Shown here: positions 53,258 through 63,233 of the stretch, piece by piece
Layout: each line of letters begins with the position of its first letter
Numbering within the stretch: the first letter of the stretch is position 1
Source of the DNA: Paramoeba atlantica
Taxonomy: Eukaryota; Protista; Discosea
DNA length: 64,000 nucleotides
Direction: 5' to 3'
Assembly: GCA_977017575.1 (NCBI GenBank)
Contig: CDRNVI010000066.1
Coordinates: forward strand, 1 to 64,000
Translations under genes and position numbers: made by a program
Notes under the pieces: model-generated
Told to the model about the DNA's origin: nothing
What the model saw: the letters and a program-made list of their open reading frames with translations, nothing else
Databases searched by the model: none

Positions 53258-53612
53258 CTACATCGAATTAGTCGCAAACATTTTCAAACGTGTGCTTCTC
53301 GATGAAGGCATGCAGAATTTTAGATTTCTTTTTGAAATTTTCATAAAACTTCGAGACTTTTGGTTTATCATTTTTTAGTTTTAATAACATTATAATATTC
53401 TTCGATATATATGATATGTATCCATATGTGATATATGATATATATCTGTATATAAGCAATTTGAAAGACAAAAACAAGGTACATGCAAAATGACAGTAAT
53501 TCGCTACGAATTTCAGATTTCTGTGTCTCGCTCGTTTCTTTTGCTGACGATCAGGTAGAAGTAGGAAAGCGAAAATTCGTATTTTTCTCTTTATTTGAAT
53601 TTCAGTATTTTC

Positions 53613-54428
53613 TTAGTAATCGTGTGAAGGCAACCACAGGCCCTTCGTATTGGAAATTTTATGTTCGCAAAGATCACAGTATAATTTGTTGGAATGAGTA
53701 ATCATCTGAAGCGTAAAGTTGCTATCGTAGAATTTACCCTCACGTATCAAAGCGTTTTTCGGCTTACCATCGATTGTTTTGTAGTTAATAAACCATGATT
53801 TTATTGCTTCCAATTCATCACGTGAAACGGTACGTAATATATCACTGGCTTCTGTATCGCACGGGATGGCCCTAGCAATCACTTTCCAATCCATCTCGTT
53901 CTCGTCAATCAACCCAATACTACCGATAATTCGTATTTTTCGAATTTCTCCAACCGCCATAGGGGTTTCAGATAATTCAACTACGTCAACGGGGTCTCCA
54001 TCACCATGTAACCCCTCAAAAGTATACGGTCCTAGCGAAGTCGCGTCACATCCTTCCCAAGTCTGCGGCAGACTTCCGTAATTAAAAGGAATTCCTTGAT
54101 TTTGATATCGAAGATAACGTAGGGCTCCTTTCTTGGTATCTTGTCGAATAGGATTTAGTGGCTCCTGGGTTCGTATTTCGTATTTCGCATAAGAACCTTT
54201 CGGTATTTCGTTCACAAACTGCAGAGTTGGATTGCTGCTAAATTTAGAACCAGGGAAGAGCAGGTTGATATCGTGCCACGGAGATATACGTCTCAAAAAT
54301 TGTATCCGACAATCATGTGTTCCAAGTTGACTACATTCAGTGAACACTTTACTATGATGTTGTCTTGTAGAATGTGCGAAGATGTTGTAGCACAGCGAAA
54401 AAGACCTATTTTTGGCAAACGCGGGCAT
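53613..54428 (-). CDS. PPA: Soluble inorganic pyrophosphatase (family I)
   Basis: SPWHDI, EIPKG..AKYE, PFNYG.LPQTWE, GDGDPVDV, GLIDENEMDWKVIA, WF.NYK. Confidence 0.97.
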   Translation of the reverse strand: MPAFAKNRSFSLCYNIFAHSTRQHHSKVFTECSQLGTHDCRIQFLRRISPWHDINLLFPGSKFSSNPTLQFVNEIPKGSYAKYEIRTQEPLNPIRQDTKKGALRYLRYQNQGIPFNYGSLPQTWEGCDATSLGPYTFEGLHGDGDPVDVVELSETPMAVGEIRKIRIIGSIGLIDENEMDWKVIARAIPCDTEASDILRTVSRDELEAIKSWFINYKTIDGKPKNALIREGKFYDSNFTLQMITHSNKLYCDLCEHKISNTKGLWLPSHDY

Positions 54429-54710
54429 GAAAAATGAGTTTTAACAAAGACTGACTTTCTGCAATTCTATTTATAACAACATTATTTTCTATTTTCTGCA
54501 GAATAAGCTTAGTTTATTTCTATCTTAATTAGAAAGAAACATTTCTTTTACTCTCCCCTATTCTAACTTTTCCGGGTGCTAACAAAATGCAACGCTAAGA
54601 AGGGTGTACCGGGGCAACACTAGGATATGGGGTAGTATTTTGATAAATATGGCTACAAACGCTGTGATGAATGATTAAAGTTGGTTTTACTTTTTTTAGA
54701 GCTTTAGAGA

Positions 54711-56852
54711 TTATGAAAGTTCGAGCGCGTGAATATCCTCTTGTGTATACTCGACTCGACAGGAAAGAACAGTAATGATTTCCCACGAGGTAAGCTTCCA
54801 TTTTTGCACGCCTCGTATAACACTCAGGACATCCGGAAGCTTTTGCGTGTTTAGTAAGGAAAGCTGTTGGAAACACTTACCAAACTGATCTCGCACAGGT
54901 GTGGAAGACAAACTTGATAGAAATAATATGAGGTCGTTCAGATCTCTTTCAAGCTGCACAGCGCCAACTCCGTTACATCTCTTTTCCAAAAGAATTTGCT
55001 CCATCGAGCGAGCTGCAACGGAAGACAATTGATACAAAAAAGCAGAAAAAAGTGTCTCCCGCATTAATTTACGATAAGGAGTAAAAAATCGAGACCACGC
55101 CTGAATCGTGCTTTTGACCCACGCGCTAATAGAAATCTGTGGTTTAGCAATTTCGTACGTGTATTCCATAATTTCGAAGAACCCTCCATGAAGAAAAGTT
55201 TCTGAAACATGAGCTGCAAGTTGATGAGCGAATTTATGGACAATTTCAAAAGAAACATTGCCGAGCAGCTTCAGCTCGTTAGCGATTTCTCTGCACATGA
55301 GAAATTGGGACGCCTCTAAGTCACGTTTCGTGCATTCAATAATAACATTTTCGTGAAGTTTTGCTAAATAGTCTGCAGCTTGGACGCCTATATTAGCCCA
55401 TTGCATACGCTTGATGATACTGTTCGAGAGAGCTTGCTCATCAGTAGGCTCCGTATAACCCAACCATGAAGTTCCTTCGTTCTCATTTGCCGCTGGAATC
55501 TCGTCCAACATACGTTTAATATGTCCCAGAAAAGTTTCTCGTAAAAAATCAATCATGATATTCAAAGAGCTGCAGATCATCAGAGGAGTTCCTCGCCTTA
55601 TCGCTCTAGTGATGCTAACCCTTACTACATAACTCACATCATCAAGGAAGACTTTTGCCAGTGCTTCATCAGTGGTAGAAGTCTCTCGAAATAGAAGAGA
55701 GTTATACTCGCTTTGCACGGATAAAAAAAGAGCGACAAGATTTTGCAACACATCCTGTAATGGCTGATTAAAAGCCAATATCACGTCTTCACTATTCTCC
55801 CTGTTCGAAACGCTAGTACAACACTTCGTTATGTATCTTATGTAACGGTGACAGAATTCTACGCACTGAGATAACGCTTCCAGCTGACGATCGAACAGCT
55901 GTAGGTCGCTTTCACCTGAAGGAAGCGTCGTCCTCGGTTGTAAAATAGAGCTTCGCATTTCTTGCATTAGATTTCTACTAAACTCCGAACAAAAGGCTGT
56001 TATTTCCTCGATAAGAACCCTGAAATGCTTTCGGAATGACAACGAGCAACTATCCGAAAAGTCAATATTCGACACATTGGACACATCAACAGAAAGTGTT
56101 GTTTCGATGTGTGTTGGTAAGTTTTGGTCATCATCAAGGTGTTTCATCAATTCTCCTGTTTGTTTAACTTCGTTAAGAGATAATAAAAAAGCCCTCGAAA
56201 TTAGCTCTATTTCGCGAAACACAATATGTTTGGACGAGTCAGAAACCCGATCTTGGGAGCCATTATCAGGTTTGACCTGTTCTTTTATTCTACGAACGGC
56301 TCGATTAATACATCTCTGCGTAACCTCTAGTCGGAGACCACACATGACCCACCGATTTGCATGCCGTAGAAATTCAACGTCATCGAAGGTAAACTCACAG
56401 ATATTTATCTGCACCTCAGACTTAACTTTCTCTAAAATATCAGAAAAATGTTTCAAGCAGTCACTTCCGTAGATTTCGAGAGCATGCGGAATGTCTATCA
56501 TCTTTTTACAATGATGCACCATCAGCGCTGCCACATCAATATCATTGTCGTCGATTGCCTCAACAGCTGTTCGCAAGTTGCTTTCGAAGCACTTTCTTTT
56601 CTCGACAATCTCTTCTAGAAGCTGTAGCCGCTGACACTTGACCTGTGTTTGTCGAATGTCATCACAAAGTCTTCCGACTCCTTGAGCTTTCGATAGGACC
56701 TTTTGTAACAATTTTCTCCAAACGAAACTTGCATTTCCACTTGACGCATTGTAAATATCTCGAGATACGTTTTGTACAGGGTCAGAATTAGAGTTTTCAG
56801 TGCCCTTCTCGTTTCTCGGAGGATTTACGTTATTTTCATACTTGTCCCCCAT
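54711..56852 (-). CDS. COG4: Conserved oligomeric Golgi complex subunit 4
   Basis: N-terminal coiled coil, helical body, C-terminal CNGVGAVQLERD...VRDQF...Q..SLLN...W.LT..EI..VL..RVEY. Confidence 0.85.
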   Translation of the reverse strand: MGDKYENNVNPPRNEKGTENSNSDPVQNVSRDIYNASSGNASFVWRKLLQKVLSKAQGVGRLCDDIRQTQVKCQRLQLLEEIVEKRKCFESNLRTAVEAIDDNDIDVAALMVHHCKKMIDIPHALEIYGSDCLKHFSDILEKVKSEVQINICEFTFDDVEFLRHANRWVMCGLRLEVTQRCINRAVRRIKEQVKPDNGSQDRVSDSSKHIVFREIELISRAFLLSLNEVKQTGELMKHLDDDQNLPTHIETTLSVDVSNVSNIDFSDSCSLSFRKHFRVLIEEITAFCSEFSRNLMQEMRSSILQPRTTLPSGESDLQLFDRQLEALSQCVEFCHRYIRYITKCCTSVSNRENSEDVILAFNQPLQDVLQNLVALFLSVQSEYNSLLFRETSTTDEALAKVFLDDVSYVVRVSITRAIRRGTPLMICSSLNIMIDFLRETFLGHIKRMLDEIPAANENEGTSWLGYTEPTDEQALSNSIIKRMQWANIGVQAADYLAKLHENVIIECTKRDLEASQFLMCREIANELKLLGNVSFEIVHKFAHQLAAHVSETFLHGGFFEIMEYTYEIAKPQISISAWVKSTIQAWSRFFTPYRKLMRETLFSAFLYQLSSVAARSMEQILLEKRCNGVGAVQLERDLNDLILFLSSLSSTPVRDQFGKCFQQLSLLNTQKLPDVLSVIRGVQKWKLTSWEIITVLSCRVEYTQEDIHALELS

Positions 56853-57170
56853 GTTTTAACTTTATGTCACTTTCCCACAGTTCTTCATTTTAGGAAGAAC
56901 GTTCACATTAGAAAAAAACGTAGCCGAAGTTATTTTAAAACTACTGTAATGTATTTGCAACTAAAGCTTTAATCTTTTTTAATAACTTTCTTTAATAACT
57001 TTCGCAACTATAGTCATTTTCATTTTTATTTGGCTTTTATTAGTCGTTAGTTGCGCAAAAGGTGCTTTATGATTCGAATTTCATCAGACCTTTTAACAAG
57101 TTGACTACCGAACTCGGGTATATAGGAGAAGCGAAAGTCGCACACGACGTACTAGAATAGAAAATGACTT

Positions 57171-58112
57171 TTATATGTCGCGCAGCGTGCGTCTTCGGCG
57201 AGTGTGTGATGGACGCACCGGAGTATACTCCTCAAGAGTATCTAATGGGTTCTCCGCCTCATCTCGTCTTCTGGAGGGTTGAGTTTCATCTTGCAGCCTA
57301 TCTCCAGAATGTCCAGTCGGTCGAGATGCAGAGTCCGTTAGTACTCCTTCAGATGTTGTTGCGCGTGTAGACACAACTCTGGAGCCTTCGTATTCAGTAC
57401 TGGTTCGTATTGGAGTAACCAGTGATGAATCAACTGTTTTCGTAGCACTTGTCCCAAGATCTTCAAAATCTGTGGCACGAGTCGTTCCCAAAGTATAGCC
57501 GGTTGTAGGAGAAAGATCAGTAAAAGTAGAACTCCTCTCGGATGACGTCTCCAGGTTTTTATGGTACATCAACTCAAAGTCGGCGCCATCATCCAATATT
57601 CGAAGCATTATCGGGCGTAGTCGACGAAATTCCGAGGCAATGAGGTTTGTAACGCGAACTCCAGGAGTGATAATTCCAGAGGTGCGAAAAATTTCAAGAT
57701 CTCTCAACACCTTTGTCCACCGATGAATAAGAATCTCCCCAACGAGCTTACCAATCAGGTCGGCGCGATCCGAGCCGAAATCCTCCTCGCACTCGTTAAG
57801 TAACATCGAGGTAATCTCTGTGGCGTAATGTGGGAGCGCATAGAAGCTGTCATTATTCTTTTCGTATCGCAATACAATTTGAAGTGAATCAATCCCAAGC
57901 CATGCTGGAGGACGAATTATGCAAACCTTTGATTTCCGAAGCAGAAGCGCTAGCCACAGAGGTACCGACGTCTCGTGATGCAGTCTAAAAGGACCAAAAT
58001 TGCCACTCAAGAGCGAAATAGAGTCAAGAGTAAATAGAGGCATGATTGTGACTAGCTCTTGTTGAGCAAGAAATGCACAGTACTCTGCATTAAGGGTCCG
58101 TGATGGAAACAT
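57171..58112 (-). CDS. PSF2: GINS complex subunit Psf2 with long C-terminal extension
   Basis: AFLAQQELVTIMP.F.L..I.LLSG.FGPF.......VPLWLALLL...C.I.PP.WL. Confidence 0.93.
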   Translation of the reverse strand: MFPSRTLNAEYCAFLAQQELVTIMPLFTLDSISLLSGNFGPFRLHHETSVPLWLALLLRKSKVCIIRPPAWLGIDSLQIVLRYEKNNDSFYALPHYATEITSMLLNECEEDFGSDRADLIGKLVGEILIHRWTKVLRDLEIFRTSGIITPGVRVTNLIASEFRRLRPIMLRILDDGADFELMYHKNLETSSERSSTFTDLSPTTGYTLGTTRATDFEDLGTSATKTVDSSLVTPIRTSTEYEGSRVVSTRATTSEGVLTDSASRPTGHSGDRLQDETQPSRRRDEAENPLDTLEEYTPVRPSHTRRRRTLRDI

Positions 58113-58556
58113 GCTATATACAGCTGTTATTTTCCTTCTACTATTTAAACTGGTAAGTTGTAGTAATACAATCTATCTCACTAATGCATTTCGCTGCACA
58201 AATAGTACGAACATTTTCCACATTATGCATATCCATGTACTCGTAGATCCGCAAAAGGTAGGTACTAGTGTATCTTGATTAATCTCCGAAAAACCATCGT
58301 AAAGTTGAAAATATGTCTTCTTCGTACATGTAGAAATTCGACATTAAACCGACCCGTGCGTCAATTTGAAGAAATTTTAGAACTTTACAGAGTAACAAAT
58401 ACTTAAAATTTGTGCATTCGTAAAATTTAAGGAAATAACCTGGCCGACGTCCATAAAATAATGATTTAGGACTGAAATCAAATTACAGCAAAAAGAACAA
58501 TTTCTTGTACTGGGAGCCGAAGTTAAACATTTTTTAAGAATACGAGCAAAAATTAT

Positions 58557-59399
58557 TTATGGCTGAATTAAGGAAGCGAATTTTGACAATTCAGATGCAC
58601 AAGACGCTCTCAAAATGGCCGGTGAGGACTCATCATTTTCAGCTTCAAGAGCGAGTGAAGCTGCAAGTCCTTGTGGAAAGGAAACTTTCTGATCATTCGC
58701 ATCAATTTCCACATAGCGTGATCGTACTTCAGGACAGTTGAGCGCTTCTTCCACAGATTCGAAATTGGTCATCATAAGAAACAAATCCAAGGACATGACC
58801 GTGTATGTCCGGGCGAGTATGGAAAGGACAAATTTTTGCAATAAAGAGCGAATATCAATTTCTCCCCCACCAAGATTAAGCGCTAGTTCGGTGTAAGTAG
58901 GAATATTTTCCCATATTTCAAGAAAACTCGCTCTTTCCATACGATCTTGAAGACCAAGCAGTTCACGTAGCTCCGCCTTTTCGAACAGTTTCTCAGGAAT
59001 CAGAAACATGCAAGCCGAAAAAGCATTTTGTTCTGCACCAAGAAGGAGCGATTTTAGGCAAATTATGCAAATGGCATCATAGTTTGCTCTACTAGGATAA
59101 AATTGGTAGAGCTTCAATATAGCAACGTAAAGATCTAAATCGAACGAGCTAAGGGGTTCTGCTTTCAAGAGTGACTCAAGTTCCGGTATAGCATCGGATC
59201 TTAGTGAATTCGCGCGAGACATTACTCGTTCCGACTCAACCTTTGTGCTGGAGCCAATCATAAAGGACGTGGATACACGTGAGTATGAAGGAAAAGAATT
59301 CCAAAAATTCAGAATTGTCATCACGAATGTATATGCACACCATACGCAATGTGGTCCTCGCATGTCATATACACTATTCTCATCGCAGTACATCACCAT
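58557..59399 (-). CDS. EIF3K: Translation initiation factor eIF3 subunit K (true start may be ATG 59222)
   Basis: FDLDLYVAILKLYQFYP, ICLKSL, F.ACMFLI; PCI-type C-terminus. Confidence 0.85.
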   Translation of the reverse strand: MVMYCDENSVYDMRGPHCVWCAYTFVMTILNFWNSFPSYSRVSTSFMIGSSTKVESERVMSRANSLRSDAIPELESLLKAEPLSSFDLDLYVAILKLYQFYPSRANYDAICIICLKSLLLGAEQNAFSACMFLIPEKLFEKAELRELLGLQDRMERASFLEIWENIPTYTELALNLGGGEIDIRSLLQKFVLSILARTYTVMSLDLFLMMTNFESVEEALNCPEVRSRYVEIDANDQKVSFPQGLAASLALEAENDESSPAILRASCASELSKFASLIQP

Positions 59400-59650
59400 G
59401 TGATGTTGGTCTACATATGAAAATGTAAATTACTAATGCAAATTCAGTATGTAACATACTGAATATACTAGACGTCGTTTGTACGGCATGTGCAGTAACA
59501 AAACATGAGTAACAAAGTCAGATACACAGTGTATCATACACGTAAACCATCCATACATATCACCAACTTAGGTGGTACTTTAGCAAGAAAGGAAAAAGAG
59601 GAATTAAAAATTGAATACAAACTACGAATACAAACATTTAACGGAATCGC

Positions 59651-62600
59651 CTAATCAGTGGGAGTTTCCTGTGAAGAACGCTTCCCAGAACGGGTTCTTT
59701 TTGTTCCGAGACCTTCAGTACCGCTTTCTTCGCGCTGTTTTTCAGCAACAAACCTGCAGGCAAGACCGCGGAATCGAGCGATGATCTGCGCAGGCGTCCT
59801 TGAGCGAATGTGAAAATCAAAGCGACATTCGGGAACTTTATTGAGCTCTCGTGCAACAACAGAAAAATTTGAGAAATCGTTTTCTTGTGCTAATCGAATA
59901 ATATGCTGGTCAATCGCTTGATCATACAACTGTTCACGTGAAATCGCACCACGACCCGTGGGTGCGTCTTCATTTTCCAGTCTGCGAAGCTTCCAAGAAA
60001 TAGCTTCTTTCACCTTTTGCTCTCGTTCAAGTTTCTTTTCTCCTTTTTCAATGTGTTTCAAGACATTCTGCCAAGCTGCGTGGTCATAGCATTCTTGCCC
60101 GCGCTGCCAAAAGGCGCGAACGTATGCTCGTACCTTTTCCGGCGTCTTTGTGTCTTTCAAAACATCGCATATATTTTCCAAATTTAAGCGACCATGATGA
60201 ATCATTGCATTAGTCACCTGTCTCACCTCTGTGTACGTCCAATCAGTGAATTCCTCACACGTCTGAAGAAGACGCGCTTTCTCTTCTTTTCCCTCCAGTG
60301 TTAATTCAAATTCCAAAGGATTTATCTCTTCTTCAACAGTACCCTTGTCTGGAGTGTCTGTCTTCGGTGATTCCGATCCTGGAACAGATATGCGTTTCGC
60401 TTTCAAAATTTCAACCTGTTTCTCCCATTTGCGAATCATAAGAGAGACTTCGGTGTCGTGAATTTCTGTCAAACGCTTCTGCATTGTTGGTGATACTAGG
60501 TGAAATTTCTTAAATTCGGGTAATTTGGGAATCTTTGGCATTTTAAGCGCTTCAATAGCCTGTTGGCGCTCATATTCTGCCACTCTTTCCGCCGTAACCT
60601 GTTGACGCATTCGTGCTCGTGCTCCGCGACCAAGCTCTTCGGCGGCTTCATCGGGCTTGACGTCGTCCAACATTTCCTTTGAAATGAATGTGTCCTGCGT
60701 TACAAAAGTAACCTTGATATTAAGACAGTCTTTTAAAATTTTTAGCCTTTGTTTAACTATTTTTGCACTCTCAATACTTTTAAGATACAGCAAGGTTTTG
60801 TCGCGTTCTGGGCTAATGAATACCTGCGCCGGCGCAATATCCCATTGAGAAAGTGTGTTTTCAATATCTGCTTGGGAAATAGTTTGGTCGATGCCTTCTA
60901 CAAGGAGCGTCTTCCTGGGAACCTCGTCACTATAGTTGATGCCTTCGAATTCATACATGTTGCTTTCTTCAATCCCAAGATGAAAATTGGCAAGAGTAGT
61001 TTCTTGCTTTTCTAATAGCTCTTCTCGCAACGCTTTTACCCGCGTTTCTCCTCGATTAAGCAGTACATCTAAATCTTCTTCCTGCAAGGGCTCGTTTTTA
61101 TTTTTGAACATGGCCTCTACGCCAAATCGTATCATGCCAAGCATTTCCTTAGCACCAAGCGAATCTTCTTTAGCCTGCATTCTTCCTTGCTGAACGACCA
61201 TCGCGTCCAGATAAAGTTTTTTAAGTGCACGTTTGTATATTCGCTCTTCCAGTGTACCTTCACAAATAAAGCGCAACACTGTTACATGTCTTTTTTGACC
61301 CAATCTATGAGCACGATCCTGCGCTTGCAAGTCTTGCTGCGGATTCCAGTCACTATCATAAATGATAACGTAATTCGCTGCCTGAAGGTTAATTCCAAGA
61401 CCTCCGGCGCGTGTAGAAAGAAGGAAAAGAAACATATTGCTTTTCGGGTTGTTGAACTCATGCATTTGACGATCTCTGTCAGCAGCAGATGTCCCTCCAT
61501 CAATTCTTCCAAATCGATACCCACGGTAGTTGCAATAGTCTTCAACAATGTCAAGCATTCGAGTCATTTGAGAAAATATGAGTACTTTGTGCTGCCTCTC
61601 ATCGTCGTATTCGGCCCTAAGTTTTTTGATTAATCGATCCAAGAGTGATAGTTTTCCGCTGGCTTGAACCAGAGATTCGTTCGTAATAAAGGGAGGACCA
61701 TCTTCAACACCGTCAAATAGATATGGATGATTGCAACACTTGCGTAACTGCATCACTATGTTGCTGAGTTGCTTCATCTGAGAGGAGCCTTTGTTAATGG
61801 TCTCGTAATCCTTTGCTAAAAGCGCAGTGTATTGTTCTTTTTGCATTCTTGTTAATCCACACTCTACATAAATTTCTTTTTTGGGTGGTATACTTGTGCT
61901 GACTTCGCTCTTCAGGCGGCGCAACATTAAAGGTGCAAGCAGCTTGTAGAGGCGGGATATGACACTCTCATCTCCAGACCCTGTAGAAGTATCAAACCAG
62001 GAATCGAACTCATCGGCATTCGTAAACAAATCAGGAATTACAAAATTCAGCAGCGTCCACAGCTCTCTTAAATTGTTTTGGAGAGGTGTCCCGGTCACAA
62101 GGAGTCGATGTGACGTATTCAGTGAGCGCACTGTGCTTGTTGTCAATGACTCATCAGATTTCAGTCTGTGAGCTTCATCGACGATTAAGTAGTTCCACAT
62201 GATTTTACGAAAGGAACCAAGTTCCATTCTTACCATTTCGAATGTCGATATTATGACGTCGTACCTTTTGAGCTGAGAGGGATTCAAAACCGCTTTTATC
62301 ATCATATCTCGATGTTCGTGACCAGTATGAAACCTGTACACATGCAATGAAGGACACCACATCCGAAATTCGCGAGCCCAATTGCCCAGAACACTTTTAG
62401 GACAGAGAACCAGATGGGGGCCTGGTATACTCCTTCCAAACTTGAGGTAAGCTAAAAATGCTATCGTTTGAAACGTTTTTCCTAACCCCATTTCATCTGC
62501 TAATATACCGTTCACATCGTTGTCGTGAAGTGAAACGAGCCAGTTGACTCCGTTAAGTTGGTAGGAGCGAAGCTCCCCGGAAAGATATGGTGGAGTTACT

Positions 62601-63094
62601 TGTAGCCTTGAACGCACAGAAGAGGGTGTCAAATTGATCTCACTCTCTGTATCCTCCTGTGAAGCACATTCGTCCTGAGAGTATACCCGCGCGGGTCCGG
62701 AGCGCTGCTTTCGAACCGGAGATTGCGTTACCTCACTCTCATGAGCAGGCGTCGTACTCATCCACAACTCTGTCTGCTCCAACAATGCATCAAAGGAAGA
62801 AAACCTTTTAGTTGTAGTCTTGGTAAGCAGTGCAAGTGCCCTTCTCCGTTGGGCAACGAGGTGACGCGACCTAGCTTGTTCGGTTTTTAGCTTTTCATCA
62901 TACTCTTCGGGGCTTCGAAAAGGTATTATCGCATGCAAAGAGCTCTTGAAACGAGAAGTTGCCTCATCTAGTGCGTTGGGGTCCTCTCCGTGATCGAGGA
63001 AGGACTGAATTTCCTTCTTTTCTAGAGATTGGGCAAGTTGGTCATTGATTCTTCTCAGATCCTGCGAAAGATTTTGATCTTGCCGTATGCGCAT
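59651..63094 (-). CDS. ISWI: ISWI/SNF2H chromatin remodeller
   Basis: GILADEMGLGKT, DEAH, TGTPLQNNL.ELW, STRAGGLGINL, DWNPQQD.QAQDRAHR.GQ; HAND-SANT-SLIDE-like tail. Confidence 0.95.
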   Translation of the reverse strand: MRIRQDQNLSQDLRRINDQLAQSLEKKEIQSFLDHGEDPNALDEATSRFKSSLHAIIPFRSPEEYDEKLKTEQARSRHLVAQRRRALALLTKTTTKRFSSFDALLEQTELWMSTTPAHESEVTQSPVRKQRSGPARVYSQDECASQEDTESEINLTPSSVRSRLQVTPPYLSGELRSYQLNGVNWLVSLHDNDVNGILADEMGLGKTFQTIAFLAYLKFGRSIPGPHLVLCPKSVLGNWAREFRMWCPSLHVYRFHTGHEHRDMMIKAVLNPSQLKRYDVIISTFEMVRMELGSFRKIMWNYLIVDEAHRLKSDESLTTSTVRSLNTSHRLLVTGTPLQNNLRELWTLLNFVIPDLFTNADEFDSWFDTSTGSGDESVISRLYKLLAPLMLRRLKSEVSTSIPPKKEIYVECGLTRMQKEQYTALLAKDYETINKGSSQMKQLSNIVMQLRKCCNHPYLFDGVEDGPPFITNESLVQASGKLSLLDRLIKKLRAEYDDERQHKVLIFSQMTRMLDIVEDYCNYRGYRFGRIDGGTSAADRDRQMHEFNNPKSNMFLFLLSTRAGGLGINLQAANYVIIYDSDWNPQQDLQAQDRAHRLGQKRHVTVLRFICEGTLEERIYKRALKKLYLDAMVVQQGRMQAKEDSLGAKEMLGMIRFGVEAMFKNKNEPLQEEDLDVLLNRGETRVKALREELLEKQETTLANFHLGIEESNMYEFEGINYSDEVPRKTLLVEGIDQTISQADIENTLSQWDIAPAQVFISPERDKTLLYLKSIESAKIVKQRLKILKDCLNIKVTFVTQDTFISKEMLDDVKPDEAAEELGRGARARMRQQVTAERVAEYERQQAIEALKMPKIPKLPEFKKFHLVSPTMQKRLTEIHDTEVSLMIRKWEKQVEILKAKRISVPGSESPKTDTPDKGTVEEEINPLEFELTLEGKEEKARLLQTCEEFTDWTYTEVRQVTNAMIHHGRLNLENICDVLKDTKTPEKVRAYVRAFWQRGQECYDHAAWQNVLKHIEKGEKKLEREQKVKEAISWKLRRLENEDAPTGRGAISREQLYDQAIDQHIIRLAQENDFSNFSVVARELNKVPECRFDFHIRSRTPAQIIARFRGLACRFVAEKQREESGTEGLGTKRTRSGKRSSQETPTD

Positions 63095-63233
63095 TAAAAA
63101 GGAACACTAATAATAAATATACGGGGTTCATATTTCACAACACATACGTCCGAATTTTGTTTTACCAAAAAGGATATACGAAAGGAACATGTCAAAACCG
63201 GCTATTTTCCATTATTCCTATTTATTTTGTATG

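Noticed and set aside
16909-63094. Cis-spliced introns
   Set aside because: All recognised proteins are complete in single ORFs.
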